Below are positions 40,741-53,155 of a stretch of DNA of 64,000 bases, piece by piece. The stretch spans positions 291,028,001-291,092,000 of the forward strand of contig OZ024741.1 of the NCBI GenBank assembly GCA_964016885.1. The letters run 5' to 3'. The DNA comes from Eledone cirrhosa. Lineage: Eukaryota. Under the pieces are notes generated by a model, which saw nothing but the letters and a program-made list of their open reading frames with translations, was not told where the DNA came from and made no database searches. Made by a program: the position numbers and the translations under genes. The first letter of the stretch is position 1; each line of letters begins with the position of its first letter.

Positions 40741-41187
40741 TACCTATCTTCCGGCCTCTCTAGAGAATTGTCTGGCTTTCTGGAGAATAGAGGAAAGGTG
40801 TTTCCTCAAAAACCAGTATGACTCTAAAAACCGGTTTGTCTGTGTGTTTACATACAGAATAGCTGGCCACTCACAGTAAAGTGACCAGGGAAAAAACTTG
40901 GTACATCTACATATGTATACGTGTGTGTATTCATATACATACTAGTATTTCAGTATACATATATGGATGTACATCTTTAACTTAATTGTTTAAGCGTCAG
41001 TCATACAAAAGTGAGTTACAAACGAAACAAAATTTAATTTCGTTTCGTTATTTGTTTTTATTGTCTCCGTTGAACCAGTACTTACTCACACTCTATGCAA
41101 ATTAGTCTGCCCACTACTAATTTTCATAGAAAAAGCATATAACGATATGTGCTTTTACGATTCTCTAGAGAGGCCGGAAGATAGGTA

Positions 41188-41232
41188 AATATTGCTGATG
41201 AGTTGTAACAACAACGAAACTAGTTCAATATT
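41188..41232 (+). ncRNA. Minimal type I hammerhead ribozyme
   Basis: AATATTG-CTGATGA-GTTG-taacaa-CAAC-GAAA-C-ta-G-T-T-CAATATT: 7-bp stem I, intact core, 4-bp stem II, palindromic ACTAGT stem III, predicted cut after 41225. Confidence 0.88.
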
Positions 41233-41475
41233 CCTTGTCTGGCTTTCTGGAGAATAGAGGAAAGGTGTTTCCTCAAAAACCAGTATGACTCTAAAAACCG
41301 GTTTGTCTGTGTGTTTACATACAGAATAGCTGGCCACTCACAGTAAAGTGACCAGGGAAAAAACTTGGTACATCTACATATGTATACGTGTGTGTATTCA
41401 TATACATACTAGTATTTCAGTATACATATATGGATGTACATCTTTAACTTAATTATATATATATATATATATATA

Positions 41476-41830
41476 AATGGAAAAAAATGAAACGAAATTT
41501 CCTTTCTCACTCACTCTTAGTACGGCTGTTACTTAAATATAAGTATGTACACGTACATACATATATGTATACAGACGTACAGTAGTATGTATATATATAC
41601 ATAAATGCACACACATATATATATGTACGTATGGATTTACCGAGCATTTATTATAATGCTCAGTTTATTTGTAAACAAACATCCTGGATTAAGCCGTACA
41701 GTGTTTAGCAACCATCGTTGCCCTTTTGTTCAACACTGACAAAGGAACGATGTACTAGTTTCAAGCTTATTAGCTATCGTCAGCACCGTATACCTTCCGG
41801 CCAGAAGATTGAACGTCTGAAAGTATATAC
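41476..41830 (-). mobile_element. PLE-like terminal repeat fragment, family 2
   Basis: Follows (TA)n; homologous to both arms of 46852-47438; carries an HHR. Confidence 0.8.
41747..41789 (-). ncRNA. Minimal type I hammerhead ribozyme (family 2)
   Basis: Minus strand ACGGTG-CTGACGA-T-AGCT-aata-AGCT-T-GAAA-C-ta-G-T-A-CATCGT; GUA cleavage triplet; U-U mismatch at the base of stem II. Confidence 0.78.
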
Positions 41831-41874
41831 TTTCCTTATGCATATTAACGGATGAGCAGCCTAATTTGCATATC

Positions 41875-41944
41875 GTGTGTGTGTGTGTGTATGTGTGTGT
41901 GTGGGTGTGTGTGTGTGTGGGTGTGTGTGTGTGTGTGTGTGTAG

Positions 41945-42006
<62 letters not shown>

Positions 42007-42023
42007 GTGTGTGTGTGTGTGTG
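41875..42023. repeat. Interrupted (TG)n microsatellite
   Basis: Direct reading. Confidence 0.95.
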
Positions 42024-42473
42024 CATACATACACACATTTTTTTATTAGTTTCAATCATTAAACGGTGGCCATTTTGGGCACCGCCATTTCTATTGAGCA
42101 TATGCCTTTTTTCCAAGCCTGGTAAATAATTTATCGGTCTCTTTTTTTTTTATCTAACCACTAACCTACGGGATATAAATACAGCGGGAGACAAATCTCA
42201 CAAACATAAATACAGACAGACTTCTCTCTCTCTCTCTCTCTCTCCCACACACACACACGCGCGCGCGCGCATATATATATATACCGATACATAGCGGGGT
42301 TCGGCAATTCCCGTCTACTTAATTCCAATTACAATAAATTGTTCAACCCGAAGCGATTGTAGAAGACGTCTTGCTTTTCTTTAGCCTATATCGTTAATAA
42401 TGGACCGAGCTTTGCGAACATTTGCAGTTTTAGAGTAAAGACGTTAGTATTTAATGTGATTACTATTATCTTC

Positions 42474-45332
42474 CATATATATATACACTGATATCTCTCA
42501 CATATATATAGTGGTATCTCTCACATATATATACTGATATCTCTCACATATATATAGTGGTATCTCTCACATATATATACTGACACCTCTCACATATATA
42601 TAGTGGTATCTCTCACATATATATATAGTGGTATCTCTCACATATATATACTGATATCTCTCACATATTTATAGTGGTATCTCTCACATATATATAGTGG
42701 TATCTCTCACATATATATACTGATATCTCTCATATATATATACTGATATCTCTCACATATATATAGTGGTATCTCTCACATATTTATAGTGGTATCTCTC
42801 ACATATATTTACTGATATCTCTCACATATATATACTGATATCTCTCACATATATATAGTGGTATCTCTCACATATATATACTGATATCTCTCGCATATAT
42901 ATAAATATATCTCTCACATATATATACTGATATCTCTCACATATATATACTGATATCTCTCACATATTTATAGTGGTATCTTTCACATATATATAGTGGT
43001 GTCTCTCACATATTTATAGTGGTATCTCTCACATATTTATACTGATATCTCTCACATATATATACTGATATCTCTCACGTATATATAGTGGTATCTCTCA
43101 CATATATATAGTGGTATCTCTCACATATTTATAGTGGTATCTCTCACATATATATACTGATATCTCTCACATATATATACTGATATCTCTCACATATATA
43201 TAGTGGTATCTCTCACATATATATAGTGGTATCTCTCACATATTTATAGTGGTATCTCTCACATATATATACTGATATCTCTCATATATATATACTGATA
43301 TCTCTCATATATATAGTGGTATCTCTCACATATATATACTGATATCTCTCACATATATATACTGATATCTCTCACATATATATATAGTGGTATCTCTCAC
43401 ATATTTATAGTGGTATCTCTCACATATATATAGTGGTATCTCTCACATATATATACTGATATCTCTCACATATATATACTGATATCTCTCACATATATAT
43501 AGTGGTATCTCTCACATATATATACTGATATCTCTCACATATATATAGTGGTATCTCTCACATATATATACTGATACCTCTCACATATATATAGTGGTAT
43601 CTCTCACATATATATACTGATATCTCTCACATATATATACTGATATCTCTCACATATATATAGTGGTATCTCTCACATATTTATAGTGGTATCTCTCACA
43701 TATATTTACTGATATCTCTCACATATATATACTGATATCTCTCACATATATATAGTGGTATCTCTCACATATATATACTGATATCTCTCGCATATATATA
43801 AATATATCTCTCACATATATATACTGATATCTCTCACATATATATACTGATATCTCTCACATATTTATCGTGGTATCTTTCACATATATATAGTGGTGTC
43901 TCTCACATATTTATAGTGGTATCTCTCACATATTTATACTGATATCTCTCACATATATATACTGATATCTCTCACATATATATAGTGGTATCTCTCACAT
44001 ATATATAGTGGTATCTCTCACATATTTATAGTGGTATCTCTCACATATATATACTGATATCTCTCACATATATATACTGATATCTCTCACATATATATAG
44101 TGGTATCTCTCACATATATATAGTGGTATGTCTCACATATTTATTGTGGTATCTCTCACATATATATACTGATATCTCTCATATATATATACTGATATCT
44201 CTCATATATATAGTGGTATCTCTCACATATATATACTGATATCTCTCACATATATATACTGATATCTCTCACATATATATATAGTGGTATCTCTCACATA
44301 TTTATAGTGGTATCTCTCACATATATATAGTGGTATCTCTCACATATTTATAGTGGTATCTCTCACATATATATAGTGTTATCTCTCACATATTTATACT
44401 GATATCTCTCACATATATATACTGATACCTCTCACATATATATAGTGGTATCTCTCACATATATATAGTGGTATCTGTCACATATTTATAGTGGTATCTC
44501 TCACATATATATACTGATATCTCTCACATATATATACTGATATCTCTCACATATATATATAGTGGTATCTCTCACATATTTATAGTGGTATCTCTCACAT
44601 ATATATAGTGGTATCTCTCACATATTTATAGTGGTATCTCTCACATATATATAGTGTTATCTCTCACATATTTATACTGATATCTCTCACATATATATAC
44701 TGATACCTCTCACATATATATAGTGGTATCTCTCACATATATATAGTGGTATCTGTCACATATTTATAGTGTTATCTCTCACATATATATACTGATATCT
44801 CTCACATATATATACTGATATCTCTCACATATATATAGTGGTATCTCTCACATATATATAGTGGTATCTCTCACATATTTATAGTGGTATCTCTCACATA
44901 TATATACTGATATCTCTCATATATATAGTGGTATCTCTTACATATATATACTGATATCTCTCACATATATATACTGATATCTCTCACATATATATATATA
45001 GTGGTATCTCTCACATATTTATAGTGGTATCTCTCACATATATATATACTGATATCTCTCGCATATATATACTGATATCTCTCACATATATATACTGATA
45101 TCTCTCACATATATATATACTGATATCTCTCACATATATATACTGATATCTCTCATATATATATAGTGGTATCTCTCACATATATATACTGATATATTTC
45201 ACATATATATATACTGGTATCTCTCACATATATATACTGATATCTCTCACATATATATATACTGGTATCTCTTACATATATATAGTGGTATATCTCACAT
45301 ATTTATAGTGGTATCTCTCACATATATACACT
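42474..45332. repeat. 23-bp satellite/minisatellite, TATCTCTCACATATATATA[GTGG|CTGA], about 120 units
   Basis: Two interspersed monomer types; rare variants recur at 897-bp and 278-bp periods. Confidence 0.97.
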
Positions 45333-46564
45333 AGGTATAGCGCTCTTCTGCCATTTCAAAAATGTCCTGTTATTTTGGTTTCATGTGGTTCGTGAAAGTT
45401 TAAATAAGTGCACAATTATTTATAGGAATAAACGTGAATTTATAATCCGAGTAGAGAAGCTGTAGCTTTCGAAGCATTTGTCCATACACTTTTCTCACTA
45501 AGTTTGACAGACGTGTTTACATTATGCAGGAGAGTCACATACATCATTGTTTCCTAGGGAGGCTGTTAATGTGATCAAACAAATGGAAGACTAATTGCCG
45601 AACCGACGGATGTTCATTCCAATCTGTGTGCACATCTATGTTTGATCCACACCTACATACGTGTGTAGATACAATGACTGTATGCATGAGATTGCGTGAA
45701 CAAATGTTTGTGTGTGTTTTATAAACAGATATCGACATACATATGTTTATATCAATAGCATTAAATATAAATGAATGCAAAAAAAAAAATAGTCAGAAAC
45801 CAAGTACATACACGCTATAGATACTCTACTTCATTAATCAGGTTTTGATTTTGAAAATTGCCTGCTCCAGCTTAAATACCAGCAATCGCGCTAGTTTGCA
45901 TGTCCATAGGGGTGAATGAACATAATATACAAGAACGTCCAGAACGCTGCACATCTCTAATGACTTCTGTTTTCGTTGGTTTAGTGAAGACCAACTTCTC
46001 AGGATAAGTACTGAGGCAGTTAATTACAAAGAGAATCAGACAGATGCAAAAGTATACACATGCATAAATGGGTAGTATCTCTGGATTTATAATTAATTCT
46101 ATATAAATATTTTGTTTTGTCTTTCATATGAGGTGGGTAATATATTTCTACAAAACTGCACACTTTTGTTTAAGTCGCAGATCATTATCTAGTCTTTTAT
46201 GACTACATTTTCAGAGGTTTTGAATGACACACATAGCTGAGTATGCTCTGAAATCCTTGTAAATTCTTAAAGCGGTTAAGTTTGTGGCGATGTTAGTGAT
46301 CGTAATGTTAAAGAAGGAGCAACGAGCATGGTGATGGAAGTGATGGGGTAATAGTTTTAGTGTAAACAGCAGCGAGGTAGAGAAGGGGAAATAGCTACGG
46401 TATGGTGGCTCTGATAAATAGGTTAGATGTAGCCGGTGTGTATATTTTATCTATCATGACCGTTGAGGATACTCCTGTAAAAGATGGACATGAATGATAT
46501 GCCAAGTATGAATAGATAAATTATCAGTAGTAGTAAAAGTGTATGTCTCTGTATGTATGTGTGT

Positions 46565-46782
46565 GTGTGTCTGTCTCGTAATATCCATAGGTATGAAAAA
46601 AGATAAAAGTGCTCAATCGGGAAGAGACAAGAGTGCTCAATTGGGAAGAAGCCAGACATATTGTATTGTTTATATATGTACACGGAACAAAAGCGCTACC
46701 CAAGGTTTCAAGACCCAATATTGACCAAACATCAGAATACTAGAGGGATCAAAATTGTGACATATCTTCAGGCACTTATAGA

Positions 46783-46787
<5 letters not shown>
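46565..46787 (-). mobile_element. PLE-like terminal fragment, family 3, between (TG)n and (TA)n
   Basis: Starts about 10 nt upstream of an HHR and runs into a pyrimidine-rich tail. Confidence 0.6.
46691..46777 (-). ncRNA. Type I hammerhead ribozyme motif with elongated, partly decayed stem II
   Basis: Minus strand AAGTGC-CTGAAGA-...CAATTTTGATC...GGTCAATATTG...-GAAA-CC-ttg-GG-T-A-GCGCTT; stem I AAGTGC/GCGCTT, GUA triplet; base of stem II mispaired. Confidence 0.68.
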
Positions 46788-46851
<64 letters not shown>

Positions 46852-46855
<4 letters not shown>

Positions 46856-47438
46856 GAATATAAGTATGTACACGTACATACATATATGTATACAGACGTA
46901 CAGTAGTATGTATATATATATATACATACATGCACACATATATATATGTACGTATGGATTCACCGAACATTTATTATAATGCTCGGTGTGTTTGTAAACA
47001 AACATCCCGTATTAAGCCGTAGTGTCTAGCAACCATCGTTGCTCGTTTGTTCAACACTGACAAAGGAACGCTGTACTAGTTTCGCCGTAGTGTCTAGCAA
47101 CCATCGTTGCTCGTTTGTTCAACACTGACAAAGGAACGCTGTACTAGTTTCAACTTGAAACTAGTACAGCGTTCCTTTGTCAGTGTTGAACAAACGAGCA
47201 ACGATGGTTGCTAGACACTACGGCTTAATACGGGATGTTTGTTTACAAACACACCGAGCATAAAAATAATTTTCGGTGAATCCATACGTACATATATATA
47301 TGTGTGCATGTATGTATATATATATATACATACTACTGTACGTCTGTATACATATATGTATGTACGTGTACATACTTATATTTAAGTAACAGCCGTACTA
47401 AGAGTGGGAAATGAAATTTCGTTTCATTTTTTCCGTTT
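46852..47438. mobile_element. (TA)n-flanked palindromic copy of PLE-like family 2 with an internal 68-bp duplication
   Basis: Apex at 47154 (GTACTAGTTTCAA-C-TTGAAACTAGTAC); 47016-47083 repeated at 47084-47151. Confidence 0.88.
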
Positions 47439-48019
47439 ATATATATATATATATATATATTCACACAGGCACACGTGTGTGTATGTGTGTATTCATTTTT
47501 ATTAAATGCATTTGTGAAGAATTGGAAATTGGAGCTCAAAAGATCCCACAGGCGAATAATAAAAGCTTCACTGTATTTGTGTGTATATGTGTGGGTATAT
47601 ACGTACACGTATGTACATGAATAAGTGGTTGTACTGTTGTTGATGCTGGTGGTATTGGTTGTCATGGTGACAATGATGAAATGGTGAATGTTGCTGATGA
47701 AAACAGTGGCATTGATGATAATAATAATATTAATAGTATTGGAGGTGGAGTGGTATGGGCCGTAAACAGGTACAACATATGGTAAGAGTTAAATAGTCAC
47801 ATTAATGGGTGTATCTACTGTTCCTTTGTTTAGTTATATTTCATTCTGTTTTGTATATATTTCTAATTTTATATACTTTATTTTATTTGAGTTATCTTGT
47901 GGTTTTGCTTCATATTTTTCTTTATTCTTGAATTACGAATAAGATTCAGATTGCTAGATACAGCTGATACTTGTTTAGAACGATACATTCATACACATTT
48001 ATATAGATAGGAATGTAAT

Positions 48020-48352
48020 GTAGTGGACCTGCTTCAGTTTCGATGGTGAGTCTTCCCACTGTTCAATCGAAGGGGAAGACACCTAATGAAATTAACGTTC
48101 AAGTGGCTGAGCATTATATTTTAATGTCGATCTCCGTGAGATTCAGCGTGACATGGATTATGACATGGTTGACCCTATAATTTACAGGTGTAGTCCATGT
48201 GATAGGTATCCAACCAGTTTTTGTCTAATTTCAATCAAAGGAATGGTTTGACTCAAGTCTAGTAAACTACTCTGGTTTAGAACGCCACGCAGTGAGATTG
48301 AATCCAGGATCTTATGATTTCGAATCAAATGTCTTCACCATCAGGCCATGTT
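48020..48352 (-). mobile_element. Decayed tRNA-derived SINE with tail D
   Basis: GAGATTGAATCC...CACCATCAGGCCATG head (reverse) and GAAATTAACGTTCAAGTGGCTGAGCA tail. Confidence 0.6.
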
Positions 48353-48532
48353 TCGTACACACACACACACACACACACACATACACACACACACACACAC
48401 CCAAATAGGTACTTACACGTATACACACAAGACAATGCTATACGAACTTGCATTGTTACATATATTCACAAAACCTTATTTATAATATCTATGAAACAAC
48501 AAATGCATGCATATACGCATGTAGATACACAT

Positions 48533-48595
<63 letters not shown>

Positions 48596-49218
48596 CACAC
48601 ATTTCTTATATACAAGTATTACTAGCCCCCCCCCCCCCACACACACATGTATAAATAAATATATATATTTCATATATACATGTATTTCTAGCCTCCACAA
48701 ACGTGTGTGCGTACATTCATATATACACATAGCAGTATTGTTATTGTATGTGGCGTATTTTGAATACCTTAGTAATTATACTACTATTGTAGAATTCTTT
48801 CCTTTACATTGCACTACAATATGATTCTCTCATATATTCTCTTACGCTTTCTCTTGGTGCTTTGCCCCTCCCCCTCTTTCTCTACGCACATACAAAAGTG
48901 TGTTTGTGTGTGTTTTTCTTTGACAATTATGTTTTCTTGGAAGCTTTACTGTTAGGAATTAGCTTTCAGACTCTCCGACTCATTTTCCTTATTGTTACAT
49001 AATTACTATGCTTGTAAACCTTTGTATTTGCTATGCCTGTCCTGGCCTCTTCCCTCCCTCTCACAAGCTTATACAAATAAGGGAATATCACACACACACA
49101 CGCGCAAACACACATGAACACATCCATATATATGTGACCGTGTTTATATGTGACCATGTTTATATGCGAGTGTGTTTATATGTGTATGTTAATATGCAGA
49201 TATTATTACTACTGATTT

Positions 49219-49410
49219 GGGCGGTGGATTGCCAGTATCGGTTAAGGGTAGGACGCCATGCTTTCCAGCATAGTTACGTCCCTTTACGATCTGAGTTCAA
49301 ATCCCGCCGAGGTTGTCTTTGCCTTTCATCCTTACGGGGTCTATAAAATAAAGTACCAGTAATGCACTGGGTAATTGCTGGCCTTGTGCCTAAAGTAGAA
49401 ACAATTATTA
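49219..49410 (+). mobile_element. SINE family A, full length, with TSD ATTA(C/T)TACTGATTTG
   Basis: Complete head GGGCGGTGGATTGCCAG through (ATT)n tail. Confidence 0.93.
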
Positions 49411-49639
49411 TTACTGATTTGAGTGATTATTACTCTTCTTGATTGCTTTACACATCTTCTCTTCGGCGCTTTAAGTGTGTTCAATCTTTATAGAATTTTA
49501 CTACACCATAGATATTAACTTGCCATATTTTGTTTTGCAAAGTAAGAGGCCCTTCACACATAAAAACATGCCCCAATGTATTTGGAGTCAAATAAAACTC
49601 GCCCTATAATCACTTCAACTGCAGGATTTAGAAATGAAA

Positions 49640-49829
49640 TAATTGTTTCTACTTTAGGCACAAGGCCAGCAATTACCCAGTGCATTACTGGTACTTTTAT
49701 TTTGTCGACCCCGTAAGGATGAAAGGCAAAGTGAACCACGGCGGGATTTGAACTCAGATCGTAAAGGGATGTAACTATGCTGGAAAGCATGGCGTCCGAC
49801 CCTCTACCGATACTGCCAATCCACCGCCC
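49640..49829 (-). mobile_element. SINE family A, full length, with 17-bp TSD TTTAGAAATGAAATAAT
   Basis: Consensus match and perfect flanking direct repeat. Confidence 0.93.
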
Positions 49830-50586
49830 TTTTAGAAATGAAATAATATGGCGGTATTAGTGTATCACAAACGAAGATATACGCCACGTATATATTAAAT
49901 GTAGCTAATTTAAAAGTTTGAAATATGTCTGGGTAAATAAAGTTATTCACATACATAAAGTTACTCGTAAAGGCAAGTTTGTTTGCAAACAATATTTTAA
50001 CTTTAAATGTACGTTTGTGTTCCTATGAAAATTTACCTGTAAATAGAAGGGATTACTGAAATATTTGTCTTACGAAATTCTATGTTATCTGGAATCATTA
50101 TCAATCATTGGCCTTTGGCAAATCTAATCTCCTGCTATCAACGCTATAATGGGTGGGGATCAGCTCGCAATAAAATACTCAATTTTATGATATATAATAT
50201 AAATTTCATTTTCTAATCATGAGATGATATGATTATATTACTTCAATTGAGATTTCTGAATGCGAAAGTATAAAATTGAATGTAACTAATGGATCCATTA
50301 GTTGAAGTTTGTAGAGTAATTTGGTAACCTATATCAGTAGCTAGGCAGGTAGAAGGTTCTTGAGTATTGTGAAAAACACAATTTGCAAGTTTTGTTCAGC
50401 TAGAATAAAATCGAGTTTTATATAAAAGTAGTCTAGAGGTATATATATTTTAGAGAATTTTTCAAACCACATCGAAATAGAGCATATTTATAATATTGGT
50501 GAGAAAGTTAGACAGATTATATGAAACAGCCTTCTCTAAATTATTGATACTTGTAACTGATGTGGTTTGTAGGAAGAAACAACTAC

Positions 50587-50631
<45 letters not shown>

Positions 50632-50818
50632 TCATATTTATCACTGGCTTGATCGATTGTGAAAATATTTTTAAAAATTTAAGAAAGGTAATATTGTAAA
50701 AAAACACGATAATGAGACAAAAAATAAGTCAAGTAAATAAACATATCAGATATAGAAATTAAATTGATTCATTAAAAAAACATGAAAAGCATTAACAAAA
50801 ACAAATTGAGAAAAAATC

Positions 50819-50821
<3 letters not shown>

Positions 50822-50907
<86 letters not shown>
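50822..50907. repeat. (GA)n microsatellite
   Basis: Direct reading. Confidence 0.97.
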
Positions 50908-50911
<4 letters not shown>

Positions 50912-51399
50912 AAAGATAGGAATGATTGAAGAATACTAAGTGGAGGAAATCTTAAAAATAGAAAGAGTGAATGTGTGAGTGAGAGTTTGATTATTGTTGG
51001 ACTGAAAACGAACCTGTTGTGATCCAGGTGAAACCGTTTAATAGTTGGATAAGGCAGTGATATCATTTCATTGTGTCCATTCGAAGACAGCGCCTGATAA
51101 ATGTAAAAGCTATTGTCAGTATAGGAAAAAAAAAAATTCTTCGTTTGCCACAAGGGCAACTGATGAAAAAAAGAAATTATAGACGGAATAATATAAAAAT
51201 AACAGTTCTTCAGGTCAATGGAGTGTTTAATTTTCTATAGGTAGAGGATATGTTAGAGAATATATTTGGTACTTTTGTGTATTATATATATTGACGTTTA
51301 CGAACAGAATTAGTATGGACGGATTTGGTCAATCTCTATTAAGTTCAAAATTAGTATTATTTTTAAGAGACACTACAGCTCAGAAAGAGGCTATGCAAA

Positions 51400-51880
51400 G
51401 ATTAGTTACTGCTGTAATTATATTATGAAGACATCACTAGCAAACAAGGCATGCAACGATGAATCGGTTGTGTAAGAGTCCGACGGTACCTAAATCGTAT
51501 CACACCAATTGTTTATGAAAGAAAAACATTGCGGATGATTGTAAGCTCAAGCAAAGATTTATAAACTACAGCGCTTCTTACTTCAAGAAGACTTCCATGA
51601 CACTGGCCTGCAAAATTTAGAGAATGAACTATTTCAACGTAAGTGAGTTTTTTTCAGTTCAAGAATAGCCATTATCATCCATAGAAGACGCTTCCTTTCT
51701 ACGGGACAGCGTTTACAGCGCTGAATGTACCATTTACTCCTGTATTAACACAACACACTGCATGGTCTTTATAGCAAATTTGACGCCAAATTTCCAAGCT
51801 GAAGCCAGTTTGTCATTTTAACATAGCCACTAGAATTTTAACATTAAAATTTACAAGGATGAACCATAACATCGAAAAGG
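51400..51880 (-). pseudogene. Possible highly decayed mariner transposase 5' half
   Basis: Scattered minus-strand motifs VKFAIKT, RKEASSMDD, HGS and HNIITA occur in the order expected for mariner; many stops and frameshifts. Confidence 0.3.
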
Positions 51881-52167
51881 CAATTTTCAAAATGGCGCTC
51901 ATTGGAATCAATCCCGTAATTTGTGAAGTGAATGTATTAAAACCACAATCACAAAATAACAAAGTACATTATCTGTTTGTAACTTAGTAAAACCATTCAG
52001 AAGTTGTTGGATTATTCTGTGTTTTTAAGAATAACTGAGTAGATATGTCCCTACAACACTTCTCTGTACGTATATATCTCATAACCACTAGAACACAGAC
52101 ATAATCGCGCAGACATACAGACACATTCTCACACAATCCACAGTGTCGCACGTTTAAATGTATGTGA

Positions 52168-52259
<92 letters not shown>

Positions 52260-52339
52260 ATGTATACACACATATGCATACATTCATATATATATATATT
52301 TATATATACACACATGCATATGCATATATCTATATATGG

Positions 52340-52650
52340 ATGGTACTTAACTCCTGATGGAGTCGTAGGGGCACCGTACTGAAATATTGCGTTTCTAGGG
52401 CATTTAAAATCCTGGCTGAGCCTATTCCTCTCCAGGTCTGAATATAACAGATCTTCTCAGCAAGGATAAAGAGTAAGAGGATGGAAGTGAGAAAGAGATA
52501 CAGAGAAAAAGATTCGGCCCAATACTAGACTGATACTTTATCGACATAGAATGGATGAAAGGCAAACTTGAGATTCAGCGAGCTTTTAATACATTGAGCA
52601 GAGAGCCGAAGCAAATACCGCAAATCTTTCTATCCATCCGACGTTCTAAT
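52340..52650 (-). mobile_element. SINE family C
   Basis: Aligns by eye with 15001-15292. Confidence 0.72.
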
Positions 52651-52992
52651 GACTATATGCAATTCAAAATGGATACAGTAAGAAACTGGTTATATATAAT
52701 TATATATAAGTGTATATATGTGCACATACACGCTTGTACACATATATACATATATATACATATATACACACACATGTAATTATGTATACATATACATATC
52801 TAGAGAGAGGGTGTGGGAGAGTTAGACAGAGAAAGCAAATGGCATGAAAAGAAAGAGGTAATGTCAAAGCATTTTCGCTTTAAGTAGTGTGTATGGCGCT
52901 ATTCAATAAACGGCACGTTTCTGGATGTAGTGAGAACTTTGAGTGAATGGTACAGAGATTGTGAAAATCCACAATCGAGGATAGCTGTATAT

Positions 52993-53155
52993 GACATCCT
53001 GCCCTTTGTGGTGGATAGATCCTCATGAGGAGAGCCTAACACTGGCAACACCAGTTTTCACCAACCATTTGACATCGTGCCTTTGATGTGGGATAGATCC
53101 TCACGATGAGAGACGAGAGCCTCACACTGGCAACACCAGTATTCACCAGCCATTT
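52993..53155. repeat. Two-copy tandem duplication, ~78-bp period
   Basis: GACATC.TGCC.TTTG..GGATAGATCCTCA..GAGAGCCT.ACACTGGCAACACCAGT.TTCACCA.CCATTT at 52993 and 53071. Confidence 0.88.

Larger units (their letters stand above)
40400..41455 (+). mobile_element. Young non-autonomous PLE/retrozyme-like element: inverted arm (40400-40768) plus a 467-bp-period partial tandem (40768-41455)
   Basis: 40768-40986 recurs at 41235-41453; 40400-40768 is the reverse complement of 41160-41234 joined to 40768-41061; two HHR copies; (TA)n at both ends; no credible ORF. Confidence 0.88.

Noticed and set aside
42474-45332. CRISPR-like array
   Set aside because: No unique spacers, only two alternating 4-nt variants; eukaryotic context and no cas genes.
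45962-46010. Hammerhead-like minus-strand motif CTGAGAA-GTTGGT..ACCAAC-GAAA
   Set aside because: The core deviates from CUGANGA, stem III is out of register and no stem I pairing was found; at best a dead relic.
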